From Minisyncoccota bacterium (GTDB taxonomy: Bacteria; Patescibacteriota; Minisyncoccia; Phycocordibacterales; Phycocordibacteraceae): a stretch of DNA of 64,000 nucleotides. Where the stretch lies: positions 2,298 through 66,297 of the forward strand of contig JALHPI010000001.1 in NCBI GenBank assembly GCA_022842585.1. Reading direction: 5' to 3'. The translations under genes and the position numbers were made by a program. Shown here one piece after another: positions 38,058 through 47,515 of the stretch; the first letter of the stretch is position 1; each line of letters starts with the position of its first letter. Under the pieces are notes generated by a model. The model had not been told where the DNA came from, did not search any database, and saw only the letters and a program-made list of their open reading frames with translations.

Positions 38058-39275
38058 CTATTCTACCGCGCCCGAAAAGAGCCTCGTGAAGACGCAGTCC
38101 ATGTCGCGAGCAATAAGATTCCAATCGTATTTTTCAAACGCGAGTTTTTTCGCGGTTTGAACGACACGAGCCGTCTCTTCCGGATGCGCGAGTATGCGTT
38201 CTACCGCTTCCGCAATCTGTACTGGCGAATCCGCATCAACCGCAAAGCCGGTCGTCGGCATGTCGGGATTGCGGTGGGAGTCGAATAGGAAATCCGCAAT
38301 GCCTCCTTCTTGGGTTGCGATTACCGGTAGGCCCGCAGCCATAGCCTCGACAAACGAATTACCCATTCCTTCCGAGCGCGACGGACGGATGAAGATATCG
38401 CAAGCAGCAAGCATGAGCGGCATCGCGTCATGTCCTATCTCTCCCATGAAGCGTGCCCGACTTTCAAGGCCGAGTGCGGTTACTTGCGCTTTGAGCTTTT
38501 CTTCGTCTGGTCCGATGCCATATATAAGGAACGATACGCGCTCCGGAAGATGGGTAAGCGCCATGATGACGTCATCGACGGCGTTCTTATGCACCAGCCT
38601 AGAAGTCGTCACCATATACACGTCCTCTTCTTTCTTTCCAAGCGATTGTTTCATCGCTTCTATTTCCTCTGCGGTATAGGCATGTGAAAATTTCTTCGTA
38701 TTCACGGCGTTTGGTATCACTACCTCTTTCCCCTGAAAGCCCATGCGCTTACCCCAAGCAAGCAAGAACGTAGATATCGCTTGAAGCTCGTCTGCGGTAG
38801 TGAATGCCTGTTTGAACAACGGGGCGACCGGCTTCATAAGGCGTTCAATGGCTTCGGGTGGGTCTCCTTCCTGGAGGGTGAGCAGGTACTTCACGTCAGG
38901 GTGACGGGACTTGAATATGCCGGCGGGTATGCCGCACGAGTGCGCCATCATCGCCCAGACGCCGTCATACCGATACTTCTTGTGCAATGCTTCCGCCTTC
39001 CCTGCCGCAGCAAGCTGGTACCAGTGCTTGTTGAGATGGAGCGGAAACTTCCGTAAATCGGCGATAGTCGCTCCCTGCTTTGCAAAGCCAATACGATGCA
39101 CCAAGACATTCCCTATGCGCTCCACTTCGGGCAAGGTTGAATCAAACCGAAGGGTCACCATATGGAACTCAATATCCTTCGGGTCTATGCGATCCGTTAT
39201 TTCTTTTATTGCCACCTCAGCACCCCCGATGAAGCGTGGGTAGTAGTTCAGGGAAAAAATGAGAATCTTCTTCAT
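38058..39275 (-). CDS. Glycosyltransferase family 4
   Basis: GGAEVA, SRSEGMGNSFVEAMAAGLPVI. Confidence 0.92.
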   Translation of the reverse strand: MKKILIFSLNYYPRFIGGAEVAIKEITDRIDPKDIEFHMVTLRFDSTLPEVERIGNVLVHRIGFAKQGATIADLRKFPLHLNKHWYQLAAAGKAEALHKKYRYDGVWAMMAHSCGIPAGIFKSRHPDVKYLLTLQEGDPPEAIERLMKPVAPLFKQAFTTADELQAISTFLLAWGKRMGFQGKEVVIPNAVNTKKFSHAYTAEEIEAMKQSLGKKEEDVYMVTTSRLVHKNAVDDVIMALTHLPERVSFLIYGIGPDEEKLKAQVTALGLESRARFMGEIGHDAMPLMLAACDIFIRPSRSEGMGNSFVEAMAAGLPVIATQEGGIADFLFDSHRNPDMPTTGFAVDADSPVQIAEAVERILAHPEETARVVQTAKKLAFEKYDWNLIARDMDCVFTRLFSGAVE

Positions 39276-40726
39276 ATTTTTTGTTTCAGTAAATCTTTCA
39301 GAATTGATGCATACGCAAACCGTATCTGGTTGGCAAATGCGTCTCCGTCCCCTATAGACTGACGGAGAGTCGCTTTGCGCGCAAGGCGCGCCGCAGCACG
39401 GTCGTCTGAAGATGCCATGCCGTACACTTGGTCTGCTTCGGAGAGCGCGGTTTTGAGGAACGTCTGTTTTATCCCGCCAGCGCGCGCAAGGTCCTGATCC
39501 GCAAGCGTAATCAGGAGGGGGATATGAGCGATGCGTTTTAAGAGTGCCGCCGCAAGTGCCGCATAGCTGGCAAAAATAGCCCACGCGAACAGGTACGTAT
39601 GGCTCTTGATGAGCGTTCTTGCTTTCATAAAGCCGAGGAGCGGAAAGAAGTATTTATCAAACGGCCTTCCCCAGCCTACTCGGTGTATGGTCGCATTTTG
39701 CACCGGAGACGGGGTGCGCTCTGCTCCTTCGGTAAAACGGGTAGTAATGACATCAAAGGAAATATCCGGCAACGCACGCATAAGCCCCACGAGCGCATCT
39801 TCCGCCGGACCCGATACCGGATGAAATGTGGTGGAAAATACGAGCACGCGGTCATCAAGCGGTGCGGTGCGCGTATGCGTGCTAAGAAACTCTTCCAAAT
39901 AGTCCTCAAGCCGGCGCTCAGTATCCCACCCGAGTGCGCGTGACTTTGAGGTATCAAGCGCGGAGGTCATGCGGTTGCCCGCGCGCTCGGGAAGCATCAG
40001 TATCTCGGTGCCGAAGAGTCGTGCGATATCAAGTATGGAAAACACTTTTTCATTCCCGAGTCCGTACTCGTCTCCCATACCCTTCTCACCCACCAGCATG
40101 AGTCCGTCGACGATATCCTGTACATGCGTAAAATTGCGCACCTGGGTACCCGGAGAAGTCACGGTAAGCGGGGCTCCGCGCAGGTACATCTGCTTGAATA
40201 TCTCAATGACGGTGCCGTAGGTGCCCGCGCGTTCGCGCGGGCCGTATACATTGTAGAAGTACGTAATCGCGTACGGAAGCTTGAGCGCGTCACCCGTCTT
40301 CTTCACCAGTTCCGTATTATCCGCCTTCGTAGAGGCGTACGGCGTTGCCGTGCGCGCCATACCGCCGTCGCCAAACTTAGTGGAAGAGCCGGCATAGACG
40401 AGTTTGCACTTCCTTTTTTTCCAATACTCCACCACTCCTTGCGTGCCTACCACGTTTAGGTCGTGGACGATTTCCGGCTCAAATACACTCTGCTCCACGC
40501 GCGAATACTCGCCCAGATGAAATATGAGGTCAGGAGTCTCAGGCACTAATGTTTCGATGTCCTTCGTATGACCTTCCCGATACTCGACACCTGTCACGTG
40601 ATTTTGTTTCGTGCCGGCGAAATAGTTATCGAGCGAAATGACGGTATGTCCTTCACGCGCGAGACGCTCGCATACGTGAGAGCCTATGAGGCCGGCTCCG
40701 CCGGTAACAAGTACGAGTTTGCCCAT
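39272..40726 (-). CDS. NAD-dependent epimerase/dehydratase fused to a GT4-type N-terminal domain
   Basis: TGGAGLIG, YASTK, YNVYGP, RNFTHV.D; the C-terminal ~190 aa resemble the N-terminal half of the next GT4. Confidence 0.82.
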   Translation of the reverse strand: MGKLVLVTGGAGLIGSHVCERLAREGHTVISLDNYFAGTKQNHVTGVEYREGHTKDIETLVPETPDLIFHLGEYSRVEQSVFEPEIVHDLNVVGTQGVVEYWKKRKCKLVYAGSSTKFGDGGMARTATPYASTKADNTELVKKTGDALKLPYAITYFYNVYGPRERAGTYGTVIEIFKQMYLRGAPLTVTSPGTQVRNFTHVQDIVDGLMLVGEKGMGDEYGLGNEKVFSILDIARLFGTEILMLPERAGNRMTSALDTSKSRALGWDTERRLEDYLEEFLSTHTRTAPLDDRVLVFSTTFHPVSGPAEDALVGLMRALPDISFDVITTRFTEGAERTPSPVQNATIHRVGWGRPFDKYFFPLLGFMKARTLIKSHTYLFAWAIFASYAALAAALLKRIAHIPLLITLADQDLARAGGIKQTFLKTALSEADQVYGMASSDDRAAARLARKATLRQSIGDGDAFANQIRFAYASILKDLLKQKI

Positions 40727-40768
40727 AGTCTCACTAGAATAGGCTAGAACGCCCACTTCCCGCAACTC

Positions 40769-42406
40769 TTAGGCGTCTCCCTTGAAAATCGCTTCGAGAT
40801 TCTCCTGCGGCACCTCGAATCCCGGTTTCTTTCCTTGGGGTGCGGGTGGCGCGTCGCTTTGCGGCAGTTTCGGGGCAACTTGTGCGATAGTCTCCTTCAG
40901 TGCTTCTTGCTTTCCTTCGACGGCTTTTATCTGCGTTTCTTCGACTTTTTTAGATATCGCTTGTATGGCCGCTTTCAAGTCAGCGGAAGTTGTAGACGCG
41001 CTTGGCGGATTCTGCGGGGGCGCTTTCTTTTCAAGAGGGCGGTTCTTATTCTTTTTCTTTTGTCCCTGCCCATTTCCGTTTCCCTGCGGAGGTGCTTTCT
41101 GGGGTACTTCTTCGGTGACAAGACTCAATTCCTGCAGAATCGCCTCTTCTATATCCGTACGCTTCGCTGCAAATGAGTCCCTAGAAGCATGAAGTACCTC
41201 CTTGCGGAATGAACGGGCGGGCGGCTCGATAGGCGGAATGGTAACGGCAGAAAACGGCCTCGAGCCGATGCCATCAATCATCAACGTTAGGTAAATCTGC
41301 GCGAACCCGAGATTTACAAGGTCTTCTTGCACGAACTCCGGCGTAAAGATGGTTTCGAGCGTCTCTGCATCAAACGGCCCCACCCGGAACGTAACCGTGG
41401 TTCCCACGTTTCCGAACACGGCGTCACGCACTTCTTCCTCCATCTGTTCTATGTACTGGTGCGCAATGATGAGGTTTAGTTTGTACTTGCGAGCCTCGGA
41501 AAGAATTTCGGCAAACGTTTCATTCGCAAAGTTCTGGAACTCGTCTACGTAGAAGTAGAAGTTCGGCAAGAGGGCGAGCTCGCGGGCGGACGCGTTCGCG
41601 CGGCTCATTGCCGCAAGGAATATGCGCGTCGTGAGCATAGAGCCGAGAAGTTGGGTGTTGGTATCACCCACAAGTCCCTTTGAGAGGTTGATGATGAGTA
41701 TCTTCCGCTCGTCCATCAGGGTGCGGATATCAAAGGAAGACTTCGGCTGACCGATGATGTTGCGGATAAGCGGATTGCTGGTGAACTGCCCAATCTTGTT
41801 TTGGATGGCCGGTGTCGCTTCTTGGGTGTAACGGTCTGTGTAGGTCGCGAACTCCTTTACCCAGAAATCCTTCACGACGGGGTCCTTGATATTCTCCACC
41901 ACCTTTTTACGGTAGTTCTTGTCCGTATACATGCGGTTCACTCCGAGCAGGGTCGCGTCCGGATACTCAAGAAGCGCCAAGAGCGTATTCGTGAGGATGT
42001 ACTCCATGCGGGCCGACCACGCGTCCACCCATATTTTCTTGAATGCGGCCATGAGGCCGGAAACGACGAGATGACGTTTGTCGTACCCCACGTCTTCCAT
42101 GATGTTGAACGCTATCGGATGCTCTAAATCAAACGGCGCGAAATATACCACGTCTTTGAGGCGGTTTTCGGGAATGTAGTCGAGGAGCTTATCGACCGTG
42201 CCGCCGTGCGGGTCGATGAACGCAAGCCCTTCCCCGTTGCGGATATCCTGAATCGCCATATTCTCAAGCAAGGTCGATTTACCCATGCCTGTCTTGCCGA
42301 TGACGTACATATGACGTGCGCGGTCCTTCTGCTTGATGCCAAAGGGTATGCGCTTCCCGCGCGTATCGGTAGCTGCAAAGTACGTTACCCGTTCTGGGTT
42401 ATCCAT
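40769..42406 (-). CDS. TraG/VirD4/HerA-like P-loop ATPase (type IV secretion DNA-binding domain family common in CPR)
   Basis: RHMYVIGKTGMGKS, IDPHG, YVDEFQNF, LSEARKY, AHQY..Q. Confidence 0.88.
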   Translation of the reverse strand: MDNPERVTYFAATDTRGKRIPFGIKQKDRARHMYVIGKTGMGKSTLLENMAIQDIRNGEGLAFIDPHGGTVDKLLDYIPENRLKDVVYFAPFDLEHPIAFNIMEDVGYDKRHLVVSGLMAAFKKIWVDAWSARMEYILTNTLLALLEYPDATLLGVNRMYTDKNYRKKVVENIKDPVVKDFWVKEFATYTDRYTQEATPAIQNKIGQFTSNPLIRNIIGQPKSSFDIRTLMDERKILIINLSKGLVGDTNTQLLGSMLTTRIFLAAMSRANASARELALLPNFYFYVDEFQNFANETFAEILSEARKYKLNLIIAHQYIEQMEEEVRDAVFGNVGTTVTFRVGPFDAETLETIFTPEFVQEDLVNLGFAQIYLTLMIDGIGSRPFSAVTIPPIEPPARSFRKEVLHASRDSFAAKRTDIEEAILQELSLVTEEVPQKAPPQGNGNGQGQKKKNKNRPLEKKAPPQNPPSASTTSADLKAAIQAISKKVEETQIKAVEGKQEALKETIAQVAPKLPQSDAPPAPQGKKPGFEVPQENLEAIFKGDA

Positions 42407-42435
42407 GTCTCTAGTATACGACAGAGCAAAAGAAA

Positions 42436-42462
42436 ACACGGCGAGCTTTTGGCTCGCCGTGT
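42436..42462 (-). terminator. Intrinsic terminator
   Basis: acacggcgagc-ttttg-gctcgccgtgt followed by a T-run on the minus strand. Confidence 0.7.
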
Positions 42463-42489
42463 CCTCAGGCAAGTAGAGATTTCTTAGGT

Positions 42490-42747
42490 CTATGCGTGAG
42501 GTGCCCTGTCGGCGGCAATCACGCATGCAGCATGCCGCGTAAGGTAGAAGGCATCCGAGTCGTTCTGTTCGATTTGCGTAAGCTGACCGCGCGCGACGCG
42601 GTCGAACTCGCCTGCGGCGCAGTTCCGAAACAGCTCTTCGACATACGGATAGCCTTGTTCATCGATTCTTTTCAGCATCTCTGGATTTTGTATCTCCAGA
42701 TATGCTGCCGCAGTCGTAGGGTTAAATGGAAGGACGGTGGTAGCCAT
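42490..42747 (-). CDS. Hypothetical protein (85 aa)
   Basis: AGAAAGGGGA SD-like motif, upstream TTGACG, downstream terminator. Confidence 0.6.
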   Translation of the reverse strand: MATTVLPFNPTTAAAYLEIQNPEMLKRIDEQGYPYVEELFRNCAAGEFDRVARGQLTQIEQNDSDAFYLTRHAACVIAADRAPHA

Positions 42748-42824
42748 GATAGCCTATCCCCTTTCTGCGAACGCGAGAGTACGTCCGTCTCTATCCAACA
42801 CCACCCTGGCGCACACGTCAAACG

Positions 42825-43910
42825 TTACTGATACTGAATAAACGAAGGTGAGGGAGTCAGTTCCAGTACCTCTGCTGGAGTGAGGAGGCGCGTTGAGGGC
42901 GGTTTCAAATCATTCTTATAGAAAATCTTGAATCCGGTGAATTGGACAGGTTCTGGGTAGATGACATGCCTGTAGGTGTTTATCTTCTTTGCGCCAAAGC
43001 CCCAGCCGTCCATCACCATCACCATCTGTACTTCAGGAAGCGGCTTCATGTCTTCGTATCCGGTGACCATATTTTCCGTAAAGCGGTGAATGACGAGGAT
43101 TTTTGGCGGCAAGTTGTGCGTGCGCACGAGGTTTGCAAGGTACTCTGCGGCATAGTTCACATCAGCCGCGTTCACCGTACCAATCACATCCCCCGGAACA
43201 TCTCCTGTCTTCATTGAAAACTCTGGGTCAATAGCCAGATGTACGTTCGGGAGCGAAAGATATTTCTCAAGAAGCGGGATTTCTTTCTGGAACGTAGACA
43301 GTCCTATCTGCATCTCAAGGATAACGATGCCATCAATTTCGTTTGCCATATCTATGGCTCGCTGAATATGTTCGTCCGGCATACGAAGCCGGTACATCCC
43401 GTCTTTTTGCGGAGTTCCCTGTGCAGTGATGGCAATGTAATCAATGCCCATCACGACCGGTGTGGTTGGGTCGGCCGCTTCCCACGCCGCTTTCTCTTCC
43501 TTTAGCTTTGCGATAACCGTATCTTTATCAAACTCTCCGAGTATACCCATCCTTGTGGAGTAAAAGTTTCCGTAGTACGCGACAATACGGTTAAACGGAA
43601 GTAGGGCTCCGGGGAGTGGGTATGGCGCATCGGTGACCGGCCAGAGGCTTTTTGAGCTTGAAGTGGCGGTAGTGGTCGCTTCTTCTACATGGGCAAGGAA
43701 GCGCATCTTCTTGTCGTATGCTTCCGTATCGAGCTTTGGCGGCTCTTCAATATGCTTCTGTATATCTTTAACGATATTAGAAAGCGGTTTGTCGCGATCA
43801 AACCTCGTAGCGGCCGCATGCGGAACGACCACAGCACCTATAAAAATTGCGAGCGCGGCGCTCCCTATAATCCACGCATGCGTATTATTAGATGCTTTGG
43901 ATTTCTTCAT
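42825..43910 (-). CDS. Exported protein with N-terminal TM, possible TIM-barrel/glycoside-hydrolase-like fold
   Basis: TM then NRIVAYYGN, HLAIDPEF, IHRF, MDGWG, GFKIFYKND. Confidence 0.65.
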   Translation of the reverse strand: MKKSKASNNTHAWIIGSAALAIFIGAVVVPHAAATRFDRDKPLSNIVKDIQKHIEEPPKLDTEAYDKKMRFLAHVEEATTTATSSSKSLWPVTDAPYPLPGALLPFNRIVAYYGNFYSTRMGILGEFDKDTVIAKLKEEKAAWEAADPTTPVVMGIDYIAITAQGTPQKDGMYRLRMPDEHIQRAIDMANEIDGIVILEMQIGLSTFQKEIPLLEKYLSLPNVHLAIDPEFSMKTGDVPGDVIGTVNAADVNYAAEYLANLVRTHNLPPKILVIHRFTENMVTGYEDMKPLPEVQMVMVMDGWGFGAKKINTYRHVIYPEPVQFTGFKIFYKNDLKPPSTRLLTPAEVLELTPSPSFIQYQ

Positions 43911-44106
43911 GCGGTTCCTTCGGGGCTTCTGTGTTTTCGAGACGTTCACGAGCGGTGCGGTGCTTACGCAAAAGAGTGAACGCGGTCACAAACGAAACGA
44001 TACCGAGTATCGGCAGTATCCACATAAGCCATGCGTACGGAAGACCAAGATAGGGTGAGAGTGCCGTGAGGAGGCCGAGAGCCATGAGTGCTTGAAGTCG
44101 GTGCAT
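43888..44106 (-). CDS. Small 2-TM membrane protein
   Basis: LSPYLGLP..W pattern; TAAACT 6 nt before the ATG. Confidence 0.65.
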   Translation of the reverse strand: MHRLQALMALGLLTALSPYLGLPYAWLMWILPILGIVSFVTAFTLLRKHRTARERLENTEAPKEPHEEIQSI

Positions 44107-44115
44107 AGGGGAAGT

Positions 44116-44799
44116 TTAGCAGGGCGAAACAATGACCACAAACTCGCCCCGTACCTCTTCGGTATGTTTGGAAAAGTATTCTGCTACTTCTTTGGCTTGG
44201 CCTTGTACAAGCGATTCATGAATCTTCGTAAGCTCTCGGGCGACAGTCACTATGCGGTCTTCCGGCAAGACTTCTGCAAGGGACGCGAGCGCTTTCTCTA
44301 TGCGGTGCGGCGATTCGTAAAACACCACCGTTCGTTCGCTCTCTGCGATTTCTTTGAACAACGTCTGACGTCCTTTCTTGTGCGGAAGAAATCCGAGGAA
44401 CGTGAAAGCATCAGAATGGACACCGGCAATGGAGAGCGCTGCCGCAACTGCCGAAGGACCCGGTATCGCTTCGATGCGCACATCCTCCCCGAGGCGTTCG
44501 CGCACGATTTTTACGAGTTCGTTCCCAGGGTCGGAAATCCCAGGCGTACCAGCATCAGTCACGAGCGCGACCCGCTTCCCTTCCGCAAGGGCCGTAAGTA
44601 TTCGATCGGAAGCAAGCTTCCCTGAACGAGCATGAAAAATGAGAAGTGGTTTCTGGATGTCATAGCGAGCCAAGAGCCTTGAGGTGACACGCGTATCTTC
44701 GCAAGCAATCACATCCGCCTCACGCAATGTCTCAAGCGCTCGGAGCGTTATATCTCCAAGGTTTCCGATAGGCGTACCGACGATTGAGAGTGTTCCCAT
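44116..44799 (-). CDS. rsmI: 16S rRNA (cytidine1402-2'-O)-methyltransferase
   Basis: TPIGNLGDIT.RA, CEDTR, DAGTPGISDPG, YESPHR, RELTKIHE. Confidence 0.97.
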   Translation of the reverse strand: MGTLSIVGTPIGNLGDITLRALETLREADVIACEDTRVTSRLLARYDIQKPLLIFHARSGKLASDRILTALAEGKRVALVTDAGTPGISDPGNELVKIVRERLGEDVRIEAIPGPSAVAAALSIAGVHSDAFTFLGFLPHKKGRQTLFKEIAESERTVVFYESPHRIEKALASLAEVLPEDRIVTVARELTKIHESLVQGQAKEVAEYFSKHTEEVRGEFVVIVSPC

Positions 44800-44914
44800 A
44801 CCTGCACACTACTGGGAATACACGAAAAAATCCATCGATTGAGCCTTCTGGCTACTTGTGGTATCACGAACTACAGACCCTGAACATTAACCCCTTACTG
44901 AAAGGAGGTGTCCT

Positions 44915-45424
44915 TTGGATACCTGGGTGCTGGTCGTTGCCGCGGACCTAAAACGCGACAAAGGTACGGTGGTAGTGGGCCCTGAAACGGCTCGGGTAGT
45001 ACGAAGGGCAGTAAAGGAACTGGAAACGTTTCCTGATGCTCGTCTATGCGTACCTGCGCCATTTAATCCACGGTATGGAGTACATGTGGGGAGTGGCCCG
45101 ATACGGAAGTATCTGGAAGAAATGTATGATTTTTCGTGGAAGCGGATAACTACGCCCACTAGACCTCATGCTTCCTGCTCCACCAATGGCGAAATGCTCG
45201 TGTTCGCGACTCTGCTTCACAAAGGGACTAATCGACATCCGCGAATTCGAATCGTGGTGCGATGGTGGCATGCACCAAGAGCAAAAGCACTGCTTGCTGC
45301 ACGATTGCGTGAAAACGCGATACGTCCAGAAAGCGTGACGGTTGTTCCTGTGTGGTCGCTCGACTTATGGGGCATGGCACTTGAACCCTTGAAGTGGCTC
45401 TATAATCTACCGAATCTAAGATAA
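44915..45424 (+). CDS. Hypothetical protein, remote DUF218/YdcF-like
   Basis: STNGE...VVRWWHAPRA resembles the YdcF pattern; SD AAAGGAGGTG, TTG start, own promoter and terminator. Confidence 0.6.
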   Translation: MDTWVLVVAADLKRDKGTVVVGPETARVVRRAVKELETFPDARLCVPAPFNPRYGVHVGSGPIRKYLEEMYDFSWKRITTPTRPHASCSTNGEMLVFATLLHKGTNRHPRIRIVVRWWHAPRAKALLAARLRENAIRPESVTVVPVWSLDLWGMALEPLKWLYNLPNLR

Positions 45425-45427
45425 CTG

Positions 45428-45466
45428 TGCGGCTGGACCCTTTTAGGGGTCCAGCCGCATCTTTTT
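45428..45466. terminator. Intrinsic terminator
   Basis: tgcggctggaccc-ttttag-gggtccagccgca-tcttttt. Confidence 0.8.
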
Positions 45467-46745
45467 ATGCGACGAGCTCGTCCGCGACCTTATATATGTC
45501 GCCGGCGCCCATGGTCATGACGATATCGCCCCCGCTTGGTTCCGTTTCAAAGTACCGGCGGATTTCCATAAAGTCCGCAGGTTTTGCCTCTACCCCGTTT
45601 TTTTCTATCGCTTCTGCAAGTGTTGCGTTTGAAACCGTTCCATCGTCTACTTCCCGCGCGGCATAGATAGGCGCAATCAGGACACGGTCAGCGTCCGAAA
45701 ATGCGTGAGCGAATCCTTCAAAGAGGTCGCGGGTACGACTATAGAGATGCGGATGAAACGCAACATATATCTTCCCGTTAGATGACCTCTCGCGGGATTT
45801 CTTCTTCAGTTCTGCAAGGGTCTTTGCGATTGCGGTTGGATGATGTGCGTAGTCGTCGTACACATCCGCACCACGCTTCGTCTTCCCCTTATATTCAAAA
45901 CGGCGCCACGTGCCGGTAAAGCTTTTAAGGCTTTCCGTAATGGTTGATTCCGACACTTCGGGATACATGGCGCGCGCCGCGGCCGCGGCCGCGCGCGCAT
46001 TATCCGCATTAAACTCACCCGGAAGAGAGAGCTCATATAAGCCTTCGCTCCGGTAGTCCACAATCCGCGCGGAAAGTCCGACCAAGAGCGGTGCGATATT
46101 TTCGTGCGTCGCGTCCGTGACTATAGTCTCGGCCTTTTCCATAAGCGTACGAAATGCGCTCTGCACGTCAGCGAGGTCTTTATAGTAGTCGGTATGATCA
46201 AACTCTATATTCGTCACGACGAGAATCTCCGGCGCAAGCGTGAGAAAGTCGCGCTTATACTCACACGCCTCAACGACAAAAATATCGGACTCCCCTCCAA
46301 GATAGTTGCTTTCAAAATCACGCACAATCGAGCCGACGACCGCTGATGGGGATGCGCCTGCGTCTTTAAGGATGCGCGCGGTCATCGCCGTCGTCGTCGT
46401 TTTGCCATGCGTGCCGGCGACCGCAATAGTCCGTTTTCCTGCCGAAACGTCGCCGAGCGCTTCAAAGTAAGACGACTGCGGGAGACCGAGTTCTGTAGCA
46501 CGCACGCGCTCCGGATTGTCTTTCCACGCGGCTTCCGTATATATGACGAGCGTCGCGTCCGTAGGTACATTCTCCGCCTTTTGTCCTATCGTTACGGTAA
46601 TGCCTTTTTTTGCGAGCAGTTCGGTCGTAGGGCTTTCCTCCCTGTCGCTCCCCGATACGTGCCATCCAGCATCCTGCAAGAGCTGCGCAAGCGCGCTCAT
46701 GCCAATACCGCCAATGCCGATACAGTAGGCCTTTTTTCCACTCAT
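45465..46745 (-). CDS. murC: UDP-N-acetylmuramate--L-alanine ligase
   Basis: IGIGGIGMSALA, GTHGKTTT, EACEY, DDYAHHP, MGAGD. Confidence 0.96.
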   Translation of the reverse strand: MSGKKAYCIGIGGIGMSALAQLLQDAGWHVSGSDREESPTTELLAKKGITVTIGQKAENVPTDATLVIYTEAAWKDNPERVRATELGLPQSSYFEALGDVSAGKRTIAVAGTHGKTTTTAMTARILKDAGASPSAVVGSIVRDFESNYLGGESDIFVVEACEYKRDFLTLAPEILVVTNIEFDHTDYYKDLADVQSAFRTLMEKAETIVTDATHENIAPLLVGLSARIVDYRSEGLYELSLPGEFNADNARAAAAAARAMYPEVSESTITESLKSFTGTWRRFEYKGKTKRGADVYDDYAHHPTAIAKTLAELKKKSRERSSNGKIYVAFHPHLYSRTRDLFEGFAHAFSDADRVLIAPIYAAREVDDGTVSNATLAEAIEKNGVEAKPADFMEIRRYFETEPSGGDIVMTMGAGDIYKVADELVA

Positions 46746-46750
46746 TCCGT

Positions 46751-47512
46751 TCACTCTAGCACTTCGATGCGTACGGCGGTATCCGGAAAGAATCGCGCTA
46801 CCGTCTCTCGAAATATCGGTGAGTCTTCACTTATGAGAAAGCGCATCTCTCCGTTCCCGGTCTCGCGCGGCCACCACTGCCGCTCCACGCGGAGCGCTAC
46901 CGCTTCTGCAGGGTCGTACACCGACAGAGATGACCCGAGTACATCCTTAAACACATCCTGTACGAGCGGATAGTGGGTGCAGGCGAGTACGACGGTGTCA
47001 TAGGCGTTCGTATCGATTCCCTCAAAGCCGCTTCGTATGATTGATTCAATTTCTTCACGCGATACACCCCGTTCTATCGCACCTGCAAGCGCTGGAAGTG
47101 CGAGCATGTGTACCTCCTTCCCTATCATTCGAAAGGCATTCTGGTACACCTCGGAGCGTATGGTCGCTTCAGTCGCACACAGAAGCACGCGCTCGGACGA
47201 TTCGCGAAAATGTGCGACCGTAGGTCCGACCATTTCTATAAGCCGTTCGGGTGGGAGTGCCATCGCATCAAAGAGTGAGACTGCAAGAGATGCGGACACG
47301 CTATTGCACGCAGAAAGGATGCTGGTGGCTTTTTCTCGCGCAAGGATTCGTATGGCTTCGATGGTGAGTGTGGTGAGTTCTTCGCGCGACTTTCCGCCAT
47401 AGGGCGCATGCTTCGTGTCCCCAAAGTACACGACGTCGACTGAAGGCAACCGTTTCTTGAGTGCGGAAAGAACCGTAAGTCCGCCCACTCCGGAATCGAA
47501 TATGCCTATCAT
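46751..47512 (-). CDS. murI: Glutamate racemase
   Basis: FDSGVGGL, PYG, ACNS, LACTHYP. Confidence 0.95.
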   Translation of the reverse strand: MIGIFDSGVGGLTVLSALKKRLPSVDVVYFGDTKHAPYGGKSREELTTLTIEAIRILAREKATSILSACNSVSASLAVSLFDAMALPPERLIEMVGPTVAHFRESSERVLLCATEATIRSEVYQNAFRMIGKEVHMLALPALAGAIERGVSREEIESIIRSGFEGIDTNAYDTVVLACTHYPLVQDVFKDVLGSSLSVYDPAEAVALRVERQWWPRETGNGEMRFLISEDSPIFRETVARFFPDTAVRIEVLE

Positions 47513-47515
47513 GAC

